In this document: positions 26,901-40,580 of the stretch, piece by piece
Layout of the letters: each line of letters starts with the position of its first letter
Position numbering within the stretch: position 1 is the stretch's first letter
From: Raillietiella orientalis
Lineage: Eukaryota
Reading direction: 5' to 3'
DNA length: 64,000 nt
Assembly (NCBI GenBank): GCA_036172245.1
Contig: JAYWIR010000035.1
Location: 1,426,001-1,490,000 of the forward strand
Program-made: the position numbers and the translations under genes
The notes under the pieces: generated by a model
Told to the model about the DNA's origin: nothing
The model's input: only the letters and a program-made list of their open reading frames with translations
Databases searched by the model: none

Positions 26901-28000
26901 CCCCACAGCGTCTGGTAGCCTGGTTCGGATAACTGGAGTTTCGGTCCCAGCGTTTGTGTTACAGAATCAGGCCCCAAACCTAGGAAACATGAACTGATGA
27001 ATCCACTGAAGCTCATCAATAAATGAGTCCAGTCTGAAGCTTTTCGTTTACCGTTGGAAATTTCTAAAAATCGTAATGATGCGTCACAATTTTGCGTTTT
27101 CATTTCGAGAATTTTTTTCATGAAGGCACAGATCAACTCGGAGTCTGAGAAAAAGGAGATTAGAGCGAACTCTTCGAGGGCTTTTGCCGATGCGGCACCT
27201 GCACCAGCAGCTGAAAGACCCCTGCAGCGTCCACTTCCGGAAATAATAATAAGGTTCCTCACGAAGACGAGACAGAATCACTGGTGAAACGCAGCGGTGA
27301 GCGCGAGATACTCTAGGAGGTGAAAGAATTCTGTCGGACACCACTTCATCACGGAGCAGGCAAGTGAAGAATGTAGGCAATGATGGAACCCAACCAAAGA
27401 TGTGAGGAAAGCGCATGTTCCGAAAATGAAATCTGTCAATCAAAAAATGTGGTATTTTGGAGACCCTGGACTGGAACTGGATGCATGTATGGGATGTGTG
27501 GACGCATGCATGAGCCGTGGTGCTACGACCACTCAAATCATCAAAAAAAAGAGGAATGGAAACTTTGGAGTTAATGAGGGGATAAGGGAGGTAAGAAGGG
27601 AACTCTTCTATCGAAATAATCTGCTTCGTTTCTCGGAACTTCATTTCATTTCACTGGGAATTGGCAGTCCCTACGACATCTTCAAAGCAGTTTCGAAAAA
27701 TGTTTTGCGAATGTCTTTTATTGCTTTCAGAATTATTGATTCCTATTAAAATATTACGTTTTCAAGAAACTGCCTTGCTGCTACTTTCCTTCAGCTGTGG
27801 TATGCATCCCTGTACCAAAGAAAGCACAAGCGTATCACAGCATCGGTGAACAGCACAAGCGGTTGCCAGCATCCTTGGCATCTTGCAGCTTGTCAAGAGT
27901 TATCCTAATTTTTGTTCAAGGAACGGATGACATCAACGATCCAATACTCAATCGAATAAAAATTAGGACTTTGAAACCTGCAATGGCAACCTTCTAACTA
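26900..28000 (-). pseudogene. IR pseudogene
   Basis: LINSKVSIP (M2/S2 start), ISFFSDSELI (cf. RL.ESGLI), LLMSFSGFISSCFLGLG (M3). Confidence 0.4.
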
Positions 28001-29033
28001 TTACAAACAGGAAACTCATATGTGAAAATGAATCATACCATCGGTTTACATATAATCTCCGGGAGGGAAATGTATCAGATGACGCCGATGATTAAAATGC
28101 TCAAGGGTAATGAGAGTGAGCCCTGCAGGAATAGGAAAAGCTATAGAATAAGTATAGGAAACTGAATGCAACTTTATTTATTCAGAATCAAGAAATATAA
28201 ATTATCGAGGGTAAAGGGCAATAAATTTTGTCCGGAAACATAACAAAAATTTGCCCTTTTCACAAATTGCCAACATTGTATCAAGAGGCACATTTTTCAC
28301 ATCTCAGATGCATTCTCATGATGGGCGCAAAGATCTTCAATCTGACAGCTTAAGTTATCGCAGCACGTCAAACTTCAGGCTAATAGATTTTGTGGAAAAA
28401 AAAAAAAAAAAAAAACGTCTGCGTCTTCACTTCATATCGAATAAACCTGACTCGCTCTTACTTTTGCAAGCATAAAGGGTCATAATGATTAGATTTTTTT
28501 GTTTGTTTGTTTGTATCTTCTTTTTCAATCAGGTTTTGCACGTGAAAGTGGTAAATGATCTCCTTTTCTTGTAAAAGGAGGCTTAAAAAAACCGACTAGA
28601 CGTGCCAGTAACTGCCGGATCAACGAAGCCAAAGAGATATAGCCTCTTTTCGTGCTGGATTTCTAAAAACATCAACCTGAGCTAAAGAAATTTCATCAGG
28701 GTTCCTTCGGTAGTGCCACTGGCGTGAATGCAATCGCATCCATCCATCTTCTCCTTGTTACTGCAATCAGTTCAAGCACTTTGCTTCATTCAGCCTTGCC
28801 GTTTTGCTGAAGTCCGTGGTCTCTGAGTCTTATAGCTTTCTTATGGGCTTAACTCATCGATTTTCTGACCTTCATGTCATGTGGAAGATGAAAGCATCTT
28901 CCAGTATCTTCAACGGTGCAGAAGTCTTTCAGCTGCTGGTGTAGTTGCTGCATCGGCAAAAGCCTTCGAAGAGTTCGCTCTAATCTCCATTATCTCAGAC
29001 TCCGAGTAGATCTGTGCTTTCATGGAAAAAATT
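27110..29033. repeat. 121-nt inverted repeat pair (27110-27230 / 28913-29033)
   Basis: Ungapped reverse-complement alignment, 12 mismatches (~90%). Confidence 0.9.
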
Positions 29034-29100
29034 ACTTCGCAAAATATTGGATGGATTTCCGCATCCTGAGTCATCACTCTTGCATCCTTTCAGAATGAGA
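28700..29100 (+). pseudogene. Inverted partial IR duplicate
   Basis: 28913-29033 is the reverse complement of 27110-27230 (12 mismatches in 121 nt); upstream + frame LIAFLWA*LIDFLTF is M2-like. Confidence 0.38.
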
Positions 29101-29199
29101 TGGATCACACACAACATCCTCCTCTGGATTAAGTAGGCGTAAACCCTTGATCTTTATGGCATCCACCTTGCTATTTTTCATCTAGTACAACATTGAAAC

Positions 29200-30500
29200 T
29201 GAATGGAGGATCAATTCAAATTTTTGTCACGGAATGATGTGAAGGCGAAATGTAAACAGACAGAGGTCGAATTTTCCCTTCTCCCCAGCTCGTGCTGTGA
29301 TTTCGAAGCTGCTTCCGTTGCGATTGCAACCCATCCGATGTTTCCCGTACATATCCCTGGGATATCGCATGTTCGAGCAATCTCTTCTTTTCCGACGTGC
29401 TCTGCCCGCTTCTTGGCAACCCTCCTAACACTCCATTAGTTTTCGGATTCCAAGATCCCAGAGATCCCACTGCAATCGCTCTTACGATAGCAAACACTCC
29501 TTTAGAGTTGAAGTGCTTTCAACACTCGTGCTTTCTCTCTTCCTCTTATCTGCTCGCCTTCCCGTTCTGTTGGTGAATATTCATAGGGACAAGCGGCGTC
29601 TAGCATGGCCACCCTTTCATTTGCTAAGCACACGAGGCTTGACCATGGCTTGCAGTCTGGTACAGCTAGAGGCTTCCAGCACTCACAGTTTCAGAGTAGC
29701 TTCCTGATTTAGACGACCAGTTCTTCGTGCTTCATTTTCTTGTCGGCGACGCATCTGTTGTACGTGCGCATGATTCCTAGCGGTTCTTCCCACCTTCTGC
29801 GTTCTCTGCACAGGAATCAATGTCGTCTCTGGAGAGGTGCGCACCCTGTGGATAGATCTGCAATCCGCGAACGAAAGCTGTGGGTCCTTGAACAGGAGTT
29901 CTCCGAATCGCGGTGGTACCTGACGCAGGACGTAGGGCCTCCCCTTGGTCCGCGGATGCTTCGCAGTGAGCCGTGCCCGTGCTGCCTTACGTTGGATTGA
30001 GCGTAGGTTTGAGGTGATCTTCTTTCTAGTATGAGCATTAAATGTTGAGCCCCCAAGTGTCCTCAATTGCTGAGCATACCTGTCTGGAGTACTCCTCTCT
30101 CACACTTCCATTTCACCTCAGTTCTTGCCTTCCCACAGTTCAGACTCTTCTGATGGCGCTGCAAGAATGGTTGCACTTTTCGTCGATCGCTCCGGAATAC
30201 TCCAAGTCTCGCTCTTGATGGCGGTGTCTGTAACCGTTCTTCCGCAACCAACTGCAACATCTTCTGGGATAGATCTTGCGCAGACGAATTCTGAGGGGCT
30301 AGCTGTTTGAAGGAACTAGCTGCAGCCAAGTGAACTGGTCTCGTAGGGCGACTATCTGAAGTTGGATGAGAAGTTCAACTGAACTTGAAGGTTGCAAATG
30401 GGAGATCGGCAAGTGGGAGACAGGCGATTTCAAAGCATTCGTCTCCCAGCTGATCTTCCTGTTTCATGCATCACGGAAGAATGTGCCACTCTGAGAGCGT
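29200..30500 (-). pseudogene. IR pseudogene
   Basis: LRDQFTW (S1 end), RTLGG..LMLIL/TSNLRSI (M2), AIAVGSLGS..NGVLGGLPRSG (S2 end), KIRPLSV (pre-M3). Confidence 0.55.
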
Positions 30501-31249
30501 TCTCAGCTCATGGACCATTCGCACCTCCTCTATGATCTCAGAAAGCTGGAAAAACATCACTCCGACAGCGTTGCTAAGGCATCATCGGGAAGTCACTCGT
30601 GTTTTTCTTCAAACTACCCCAACGACTGTAACAATGAGAGGAACGGAGCAAGCCTCCTTGAATCCTTCCAAGGAAGGGTGAGGGTCGTAACCAGCTCTTA
30701 GCAGCTTTACTGCCACGTGTTACGGGTCGCGGTCCAATTTGAAAAGCGAGCAGTGAAGCATTACCGCAACCAGCGAGGAGGAACGTGCGCGTCTCGGCGA
30801 GCTCTTCGCTTTGGAGGAAGTTCTTTCCGTTATCGGAGGGCTCAAGGAACGGAACGCACCCAGGGAGTCCTGCCAAGTTCTTTCAGTGTTTCTCGGAGGA
30901 GCTGGGCCTCTTCTGTAGCTCAGCCTCTCGACACTGATGAGGGAGGGCAGGAGAGGCACCCTCCTCTTTGCTTAGACAAAGAGCATCCCCTAACGGAGGA
31001 CAGAGGTCACACGAAGCCTTAGCAACCAGCGTCCAATCACTTCAGTGAACTCGGACGTCAAGTTCTCGAATCTGCGGGCCGAGGCTTGGAAGAGTTGAGG
31101 ATGTTTTGGTTAGTCAAAAGGGAACTTCTTGGATTGGAGTTTTCTCGTTTGACTTTTGGAAGAATCCGTCGTCATCTCCCAATCGGCTCATCAGTCCACC
31201 CAAGACGTGACCCCAGAAGATACCAGACAAGGAATTCAGTGACCTCGAA

Positions 31250-32620
31250 ACGTGAACCAATCGTCTGCTGCAGAAGCGCAGCTGAGTGGTTCCATCACTG
31301 TGTGCGCACCAAACAAATCGCCGTCAACAGTTTTTCTTTAGCTTGGGCGTTTCAAGTCGGGCCATCCCATTAGGTCAGGGATGCAGAAGCTCTCCCGCTC
31401 CTGCTCTCCCTTCTGTTCCCTCATGGGAAGATTCTTCCTTCATTTCTGAAGTCGGCCCAGCTCTCCGTAAGGTCGGTAACCCAGTCGATACTCTGGTAGA
31501 CATCCATGCAGCAGAGGGTTGCAGAGTACCTTGCGAGCTGCCCCTGCTACCCTTCACAGTAACCGGGATACCCGGAGTTCTTCTCGCAGCTCGCCACTTT
31601 GAAATCCCTCGCTCTAGGAAGTCTGCACCAGGGTCCCCTTCACAGCTTGTGCTGTCTTCGTGGTAGCCACGCCTGAGTATTTTCCTAATGGTTTTCTAGC
31701 AAATTCCTCTAATGCTGTTGCCGTGTTCCCAAACGGACAGCAGGGCATCCGAGATTATGGTCCGAGTCTTGCTGGTGGCGGCCAAGTGGAAACCAACTAT
31801 GAAAGTCCTGATTCCTCTGTGAGAGTACCACTGGTTTCCGAATCCTCAGAAACATCTCCTGATCCCCATGATTGCAGCCTGCAGATGCTTTCCCGATCCA
31901 AAGCAGACGCTGCAGAACTCGGCTGAGCAAAGCAAACCACTCTACCGTTCACCAAAAGACTAAAGGAAGAAGACTGACGAAGATGCTGTAGAATGTGCGA
32001 AACAGATAACCGCTCCAGGCAGTCTTGCTCGTTATGTGCTTGTCGCAGGGAAATGTGAACAGACTGGACCATTCCTGGCACCATCTTGTTGAAAGTGGAT
32101 TTTTTTTCTTAAAAAAGAGAGAAATTCAGCAATTCTGCAATCGTACGTGTGAGAACCCACTCTATTCTTCAATCCCTTTTTTTTTTTGGATAAGAAATAT
32201 TAAATAGTCCCGCAATTTGCGACGACTTCAAGCATTCTGTCTTGAACATCCAGAATCACTGTCCCCCTTCAGAGGACATCATGACGAGCATTATTCAGCA
32301 ATTATTAACCAGCTACATCTGTTCTTTTCGGATTCTCCATAATTTAGTGACCGGAAGCAGCATTCAAACTCCCTCTTGACTATGAGTTGTGGAACTTGGA
32401 TTATGCCTGTCACGTTACTGGATGCAGTCTGTAACATTTCTGGCAGACATAATCCCACATCCTTGTAGGCATCTGACCCATTTCCGACGGCCCTGGAAAC
32501 CCACTTTGCTCGTAGGGCCAATGAGCGTTCTCTCTGCCACCGTATTTTTCTTCCTGATCGGATTGGCTTCCCGTGAAAGGATGTTCTGCCAAGATTCGCA
32601 TTCCCGGTGCAACCTTTCAT
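31250..32620 (-). pseudogene. IR pseudogene
   Basis: NVTGIIQ..VKREFE (cf. NWTGMIG.L.RREAD), SLRQ..ERL (P/M2), SGTLTEE, GIPVTVKGS..STGL (S2 end). Confidence 0.52.
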
Positions 32621-34169
32621 CCCGTTTCGAGATTCTTGCTGGAGACCATCGTTAGAGTTTTAGTTTAAACGGTGGGCGTTCCACTCTTCCGCCAACTGAT
32701 AGTCACCTCGTTCCGAAGCACCAAACACGCAACCTCCAGGACACGAGAGGGGGTCCTCCCAGCAATCGAATCACGAACGCCTCTCTCCGTAGCGAATGAT
32801 CACAAGGTCATTTCGCAGAGATGGAGACAGTTCAGCAGCACAAGAGGACGAGCCACCGTCCAGAATCTGATTTCCATGAAATACGTATCTCGTCGTCATC
32901 TCCGTCACGCCACGTGCCTTCCCACGTGTTCCTTTCTTTCGACTCGGTGTCTTACTTTTCCTCGCGGTCATCTTCGAGAAGGGTCACGGTTACTCGTGGC
33001 GCCTTGCGTCCTTACAACAGCGTGGGGTTCCCTTCATCTCGTCTCGCTGGCCTGGTCGATTCGATGCAGGCTGAGGTGCTCCTTTGTCTTCAACAGAACT
33101 TGTCTGGTTGCGCTGCCGCTGCTCACGGGTCTGCCATGCTGGTGGGAACGTTTACGATGTCCTCAAATGCCGCGAGTCAGCGCGGTGGTTTGACACTCAA
33201 GATTCAAGATGGCTATCGCTTCGCTCTCCTGGTGATGCCTAGCATCCAAGAAACAAAAGCGGAACTGCATGATGCACTACGAGCATGGCGACCTACGTTC
33301 TTGCTAGATCGCTTGAAGGTTTCTCCTACATCAGCCCTGCAAGATTCACGCAGTGGGAAACGATTCCTGAACCGAAGTCGGTACTTCGCAGTATGTGGTC
33401 AGCCAGCATTGGCATTCTAAAGATCTACTTCTAACGCACCCTTGTCGTTTATTTGGAATTCCAGAACGAAATCCAAAAATTCTGTTCTGTTTATCTAAAT
33501 TTCCACTTTTCTTTTCGGACGATGGCTTTCGTGAAAATCCACTGCAGATCCGAGTTCCCGCGGGTCAGTTCCACGCAGCTGTTGTTCATTCCATCACTTT
33601 AAAAGCTTTTCGATTCTCGCGTGACCTTTTCTGCTTTCCGGAGCATTCAGCTTTGGAACCTGACTATCTGCGTCGTTGCAGTCGAAAGGCCGGCCCGCGC
33701 GACGGGTGTTTTCGAGCGTGCAGGGTGTTCCATGTTGGGGTGAAGGCTTTGTAGGACGATCCCTCACTTCCGCTGTTCAAAACCACAGCCATCCCACGCA
33801 AGAAAAATCCGTAAGTAAAGAAGCGCCATTGAGCTGCAGGCTAGCCCGATGGTTCCGAGTGACGCCTGAAAAGCCGTCGAGGGCACAGAAAGTTTCGAAA
33901 GTCCTGTGATTCCTCTGGCAGGCGTTTTACGTTCAGAAAGTCATCCTTGACAATCTTCCAGAACTGCTTCATCCAGGCATCTGGTGTTCTCAGTTCAAGT
34001 TGTCATCAAAAATGAAGCGAAAGCGAAAGCAAAGCTTTGCTATCTGAGATGGGCTGATTGGCTTTAAAGAAGCAAAGACGTTCTGCTCTAGAGTCCGGCT
34101 GTAAAGAACATTTTCCAACTGGAAGCCCCGCAGCAGTTCCATCCTAGACGTTCATGATTCCCACTTTAA

Positions 34170-35430
34170 AGAAGGTTGCACGAAAGGCATTCATCTTCGT
34201 TTCGTGCAAGAGATGCGGGTTCTTTCAGGCACAAGAAAAATCGAATCTTCCAGTGGGGTTCGACCAATCTAATATCAGCACTTCCAAAATGACTCCAAAG
34301 ATTTTCTCGTTCCGGTAATCCGTCCCAAACAGAAAGAGCTACTGCAACTTCTAGTCGGCTGAGTGTTCTTTGAAGCTTCTTATTGAACACCCTCGATGGA
34401 TCCCATTTGGCTTTTAGATACACGTGGGAAATGGAAAAGACGAAAAGAGATAATATATTCATCCTAAAGTAGAGTTTGGCTAGTCAGCAGTTCTCAAGTT
34501 GATTTTGTTGATTTTGCTTCTTTCTGAACTCGAATTGACAAGTTTTTTCCAAGTCCCATTCATAACTACGATCGTAAAATGGAAGGGAAATGATAATGGA
34601 AAATTTTCGGTCCAGATTTGCGTCTTTGACAGTATTTTGCGCTATTCGTTGCCAGTTCTCTTTACTTTATCTTCAGGCCTTCCATTTCTATTTTTATCTA
34701 TTTGATTCATTTCTCTCAAGTCTTTCCATCTCCTCCTCATTACCACGAATCTTTTAATTTAACTTTTGTCTGGTTCCATCCCCCAACTTGTTTGATTGCC
34801 GAAGGACTGCCTGTCTTTCCGTTCCTGTCAACACCTCAGATGCATGCACCATTCTTTTTGTGATCGAGAATGGAAACTGATCTCAGCGCGCCTTTAGGAG
34901 AAGAAGAAGATAGTTTCTCCCTCTCCCCCACCATGGATACCTGTTTTCCACTCTCCACACCTATCTCTAAAAATCTGAAGAGCTGCACGACTTCATAGCA
35001 CACAGAGTCTCTTGCCACTCCCTGCTACTTCCCCTCGGAAGAAGAGAGAGTGTCTTGCGAGAGATGGATCTCCGTGTCTGAAATGAGGACCAAAGTGGTC
35101 TCATTTCGCACGATGGTGCCTAGCACTGAGGAAGGAGCATTCCCCCACCATTGCACGCTGAAGGCGGCACCGAGTGACCAGTTCTCAAGGGAATGCAACT
35201 TTCCAAGCAAAGACTCCTGAGGGAGAAGAAACCTACTGCACTTGCTAAATCATTCACAGGAAACAGGACCGATCCTGGAAATGGGGGAAACCGAGCTTCG
35301 TCGGAAAGGGGCATGTGCGAGCTGAAGAGTTGCAATCGAGGATATGAATGACCTCACAAACCTCAGTGGAGTTTTATATCGTTTCATTCCGTTTTCGCTT
35401 AACTTCGGGGGGGGGGGGGGGGGAACAAGC
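34170..35430 (-). pseudogene. IR pseudogene
   Basis: EARF..LASAVGFFS (cf. EAD..R..AVDFS), AFSVQWW (cf. PFS.EVW), KGALRS, KWDPSRVFNKKLQR (cf. KGSP..FNK.L.RL). Confidence 0.55.
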
Positions 35431-36199
35431 AAAAAGACCGAGACGCTTCTGGACCGCAGTCCTCAGCACTCAAGACGCACCGGCCGCGCTTTTCACAAGC
35501 GTGATCACAAGGGCGCGCTCTTGCCAACAAGCTTCGGAAATCATCGTCTGGGGAAGATCGGCACTTGCCTCCAAGATGGACGATCTCCGAGATCACGGAT
35601 ATCGGAAGTAATGAGGATGAACACCCCCATCTTCGGGAAAAAGATGAGGGGGGGGGGGGGAGAAAAAAAAAAAACGCAGCACTTGCACACAGAGGTGCAG
35701 AAAATTGGACACCGCACACATGGTAGCAGGAAGCGAGAAAGACTGCCTGTCCGTGAATGTGGCAGCAAAAAATAACCGAAGCGGTCCTGGATATGCCGTT
35801 GTACTCAGTTTACCAGGAGCGCTGGAAATCCGCATAAATTTGCCTGGACGAAAAAGCCAAAGAAACAAAGAACGCGTGAACGGAGCAACGTTGTTCTTTG
35901 TGATCAGACTGATTGTGCACTACCACGGCAAGTAGGGCGCACTTCCTGAAGACTTGCGATTGAAGGCTCGCGTTTCAAGGTTCTTATTTTAACTCGAGCA
36001 ACTTCGGATGGTAATCAGCCGATGTGCAGCTGCTGGGCGATCGAAAAATTCGGAGGTTCCTTTTTTTTCTTCCCCCTTCCCCCTCCCCTTTACCAAGAAA
36101 GGAAGGCCGGTACATTTTCCTTACTTCCTTTCATCTTCCTCTTCCCTCTCTCTCTCTCCCTTTTTTCTCCTTTTTTGTGCGTACGCTTTCTATCGTGCC

Positions 36200-37900
36200 A
36201 TTTACGAGAAATGTCAAGAGCCATCGTGACGTGCTAGGGCAAGATCTCGGCAGATTAGCAAAGAGGTGGAAATTGTGGAGCACCCCCTTCCCTTCCGGCA
36301 TTTGCTGTTTGCGTCGAAATAGAGTGGAAAACGATTGAGGAGCTTCCAACGGAGCCGTTTGCTATTCGTTCTACCGGTCGCAAGCGACAGCTGCAAGAGC
36401 GGTTACAGCGCCGGTGGTGGAGGCGCAAGAGTGGAAACCCAGCCACTGCAACAGCTGCGTGTGGAAAAGGGACAAGGAAGAAAAGAGACGAACGTCCTGA
36501 ACACTGTGACGAGTTCACCGCCCGAAGAGAACATGGTTATTCTCCGCGAAAAATAAATAAAAGGCATTTTTGTGATTTTCATTAGTATTGGGGTAGTCTG
36601 AGAGGGTCTTTCTGGTGTCCGAGGCTTTTTCGAAGCAACCAGTCTGATATTTTGCTGAGCGAAAAGTGTTGGAACATTCCTTCCTTCCGTTAGGATTGCC
36701 TCGCTAGAATTTTGGCAAGCAGCTGCTCCCACAGTCTTTTTAAATTCAATTTCGCCGATGCCTCTGAAGACGTGTTCCGGAAGTAATCCTGACTTTCAAT
36801 CTGCTCCGAGCTTTAGTCCACCGTCCCCTTGTGCTCGAGGGTCGTGTCCCTTGCCGGTCTTATGACAATTCTGACGAGCAATCCACGCACAGCTTTTCCA
36901 CCTCAGGGTGTACGCTCGGCTCCTCCTCGATCACCGAGGCCAGTACAACGGCAGAAACCGTCAACTTGCAGCTTGCACTCTCGACTTTGTTTCCCTCACC
37001 ACGAGATCCAGCAAAAGGAAACCGTGCGGTGGGCCCACGAAGAGGAGCGTCCTGGGGGGGGGTGCCTCCTGTGGGGTTCACCAAGGCGGTGGATGCGGCG
37101 TGAACGAATTTCGCTCGCACCCATCACGTCTCCACCATCACGTGTGCAAAGGGAACCATTCACAAAATACCACATGAGAATGCATGAGGGTATTTTCGCT
37201 CCTTCTCATTCTAAAAGCAGGAATTTGATGCGCGCATGCTCGGGCACATGGAGAAACGAAAAATTCTCATTTGTATTCTTCATGCAGGAGCGTATCCTAG
37301 CAGTGGAGACTTCGTTTTATAGTCTCGTCTGTTTGGCACGTGATTTAAGTTTAAAATCTGATGTGGGAGAGAGACACTAAAACAGGGGTGTCAACTTAAT
37401 CGATTAATGCCAGGTATGTTCATCGAATTGGAAATGAACGCGGTTAAAACAAGAAATGTATTTGGTGAGAGAAAAGAAAAAAAAAAAATACGGTCTTTTA
37501 TTTTTATTTTTTTTAGGGAAAGGAGGGGGGGGGGCGAATCTTCAGTGCTAGAAACATCCAAGTTGCTAACTCCGGTCGTTTCCCTGCAAGAATTCGAAAA
37601 ATCGAAGAGGTTCAGGGTTCGCAGTTACACGGTTACGATGGGAAAACAGCGAATGCAACACCACGAGAACGCAATTAGGTGTTTTGTTCCGTGCGCGCCG
37701 GTAATTAGAACGATTCTCCTTGCTCGGTTTCCGGGATTTGGGAACAACATGTGCTCGCCGAGTGTCGTTTTGGGAAGTTTTTAAGCAGAGTACCTATCGA
37801 GGCTTTCGAAATTTTTTTTTTTTTTCTGGGAGGGGGGTGGGGGGGTTCGTTTTCTTACGGATGTAAGTGATGCACACCAGCCGAGTAAGGAAACACACAT
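36200..37900 (-). pseudogene. IR pseudogene
   Basis: FPIVTV*LRTLNLFDFSN (S1, ~37620), SASCKLTVSAVVLAS (M2-like), C..FFLVPFPHAAVAVAGFPLL..CNR (S2 end). Confidence 0.5.
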
Positions 37901-38484
37901 GTGGCGTTTTCCGAGTTGGCAGCTTTTGTTTCGAATGGTAACACTGTAACTTTGAAACGACATCGGATCGAATACATCAAAAAGTCCACGGCTGTAAAGT
38001 TTATCGTGCGGCAAAGTTCTCCGCTCCGCCTGTTTGAAATGAAAAGCCAACCGATTGAGGGAAAGCTGACAAGAGAGAAAAAAAAAAAAAACCCTCATTT
38101 TAAAAATACTATTTCTGGGGCATTCTGTTTTTTTGGATTGATCGATCGTTTGCGAATTCAAAAGCAATGGACTGATTACCACTTGCGAGTGGCTGGATGT
38201 GGACCAGGTTCCCAGCGTAGGTTTCAGGACACCTTACTTCCGCCTTTAGGTGTTTGCAAACGCATGCCTCGGAAATCGGAAGTTGAGGTGATCGAAAAGT
38301 TCCCTCCCCATGCGGCAACGCATTCAGGGATGGGGTCCTTGCACAGAGGCAGCTCCCAAACTTACAAATTTAGCACTTGCTTTCGGGGCCTTTGATACGA
38401 AACTGTCAATCTGAACGGCTTGAGAGATGTGAGGTGTTGCAGTTTTGCTCAGCCTGACAACTATTTAATCCTCTTTGCAAAAGG

Positions 38485-38557
38485 TTCTCTCTCTCCCACT
38501 CTGTCTCTCTCTCTCTCTCTCTCTCTCTGTCTAGATAGATAGATAGATAGATAGAGA
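38485..38557 (+). repeat. Compound microsatellite (CT)n followed by (AGAT)n
   Basis: Directly visible ctctctct... then agatagatagatagatagatag. Confidence 0.9.
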
Positions 38558-39299
38558 CATATGCTATCAGCCGTTCGTCCCGAATCTTAATTGATGAACC
38601 AATACACACAGGGGAATCTATTTGGTTCAGATCTCTTCTAAACTACTGTGGTGAAGACACAAACGAACAAATCGGAATAGTTTCAAGTTCTTAAGTGTGT
38701 TCCTTCCCCTCGCCCCCCCCCCCTTTCTTCCCCTAGCAGTAGAGGTATATGCTCTTTTTGCACGCGGAAATAACTGTACACTTTACATACCTTCAGTTCG
38801 TGGTTGTCGTGGTGTATCTCAGTGCACTTAAGAATACCGAAGTTTGCCATCGATAATTCCAGTGAGGTCGGGTTGTGGGTGCTTCTTATTTTATTTTTAT
38901 TTACAGTTACAAGTAAATATCGGGTTTTGCCACCGTCTTGGCATTGCACTCGGTTTGCCCGACGTGTATAGAACACCATCTGAAAATTAAGCTCAATCTT
39001 TGGGGGGTTTTTTTTTTTGTCGTTTGCTTGCTTGTCTATCTCTCCCCTATCTTGAGAATGTTACTCCAGTAAAAAAATGTATAGAAAATTTTGATTGCAA
39101 TGGGAATCTTCTGATTTGCTCACTTGAAAGTTATCGCAGGCTTCCAAGTATTGGAAGTCTCAGATCGTAGTCAGTGCTAAAGTGTCGAACCTTTTTTTCT
39201 TGATGAAAAAAAAAAAAAAAAAAAGAAGTACTTTAGTGCGCGTGATGTTTAAAGACCTGATATCTGTGAGCTCCAAGCTCCTCAAGATAGGGCGAAAAC

Positions 39300-40580
39300 G
39301 AAGAGAACCTATTCAAGGCAAACCTAAACGATTTGGGGATTTAGAAGAAAAAAAAACAAAAAAACGTGTGCTGAACATATCTCATGAGCACCTCGAGCTC
39401 AGACCGTATCATTCGCAGATGCTGCAGCATCTCTTCAGGAAGGAAAAGTAGACCACTACGTCTATTCCGCCACCCTCTAGACATGATTTCTCATGATAGT
39501 GTTTTTTTTTTTTTTTTTTTTTCTGCAAATACGCCTTTTCCAGTGATAGATTGATCCACCCTTAGGAACAGACGGACTAATCAAATCTTAGGTGAGCGAA
39601 GTGCTGCAATAAATCTTACGAACGAATCCAGAACGGTTTTGAAGTTCAAGTTTGCTGCTCCCTCTGCCGTGGAGGGACGTTTCCTTTCATCCAGAAAAAC
39701 AATCAGTGATGCCATTTATCTCGACATGTTATGGCTGAGACTACGGATCGCAGAGGCAAAGTGAATCGATCTGTGGCCAATATGATTCATAGCTTCATTT
39801 TCACAGTCGTAAAGCCCCATTTCAGACTTCATCTGACCCCCACGTACAAGAAAGTGGAGATTGAATTTCATGGCTTCCTCGTGTTCCATATCTAATTCCA
39901 TTGATTTCTTCTGAGGTTATGACAGTATCCAAATCTTTGATTGTACCAAACGTCGAAGTTCTGGTGCAACTCATTTCCGGAAGCAATCACAAAGTTTTGA
40001 CGAAGTCTGGATCAAAGTTAATTTATTGCTTAGAAGCTCACAGGGAATTCATGGAACACACGGAGCATGGAAACTCTGTGGAAGTTTTATGGGGTCCTAT
40101 AAAACAGACATCAGCGGTTGTTTGTTGGAGAAACTGCGAGGTTGTATTGTGCCTACGTCTTGTATTTATGAATGTGAAAATAAAAGCATTTAGGCCCTAT
40201 CCATATGCCCAAAGTTTGTTGAAAATTGATTGCCAGCATACCCGCAGTTACGGATGTTTTCTTTTGTATAACGTATTTGAGTTACGGTTCCAGCGTACGG
40301 TTGTAATCCTTGTTCTTGCTGTATGACATCTCGTCTTTGGCTTGTATTCCCCTCAGACGGAATAGAAACGCCGTTTTTCTTGTCAGCTTCCACGACTAAA
40401 TGTGGATGCAGATACACATTCAGTTATAGGAACTGACCTCCAGCACCTCTCCCTCTCGACTGGTTCCGCTTCTCACCAGTTCTTTGAACTTGTTTTTGGA
40501 ACGGTTTGGAAGCTTGGACCATAATTCGAAAAGTCCTCCTCCCTTTCGATCTTCATGATGCTTGCCCGAGGTGCACCTGT
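39300..40580 (-). pseudogene. IR pseudogene
   Basis: GGLFELWSKL..NKFKELV, EAD..TSQRRDVI..QPY (S1), LGIWIG, IASGNEL, TIKDL..GIRYGTRGS (cf. I.S.EDL..I.YG..GS). Confidence 0.6.

Noticed and set aside
39716..40000. DEG/ENaC- or tyrosinase-like peptide (FDVWYNQRFGYC, ELDMEHEE)
   Set aside because: Only short chance-level resemblance; an alternative frame gives better IR motifs collinear with flanking S1 and S2.
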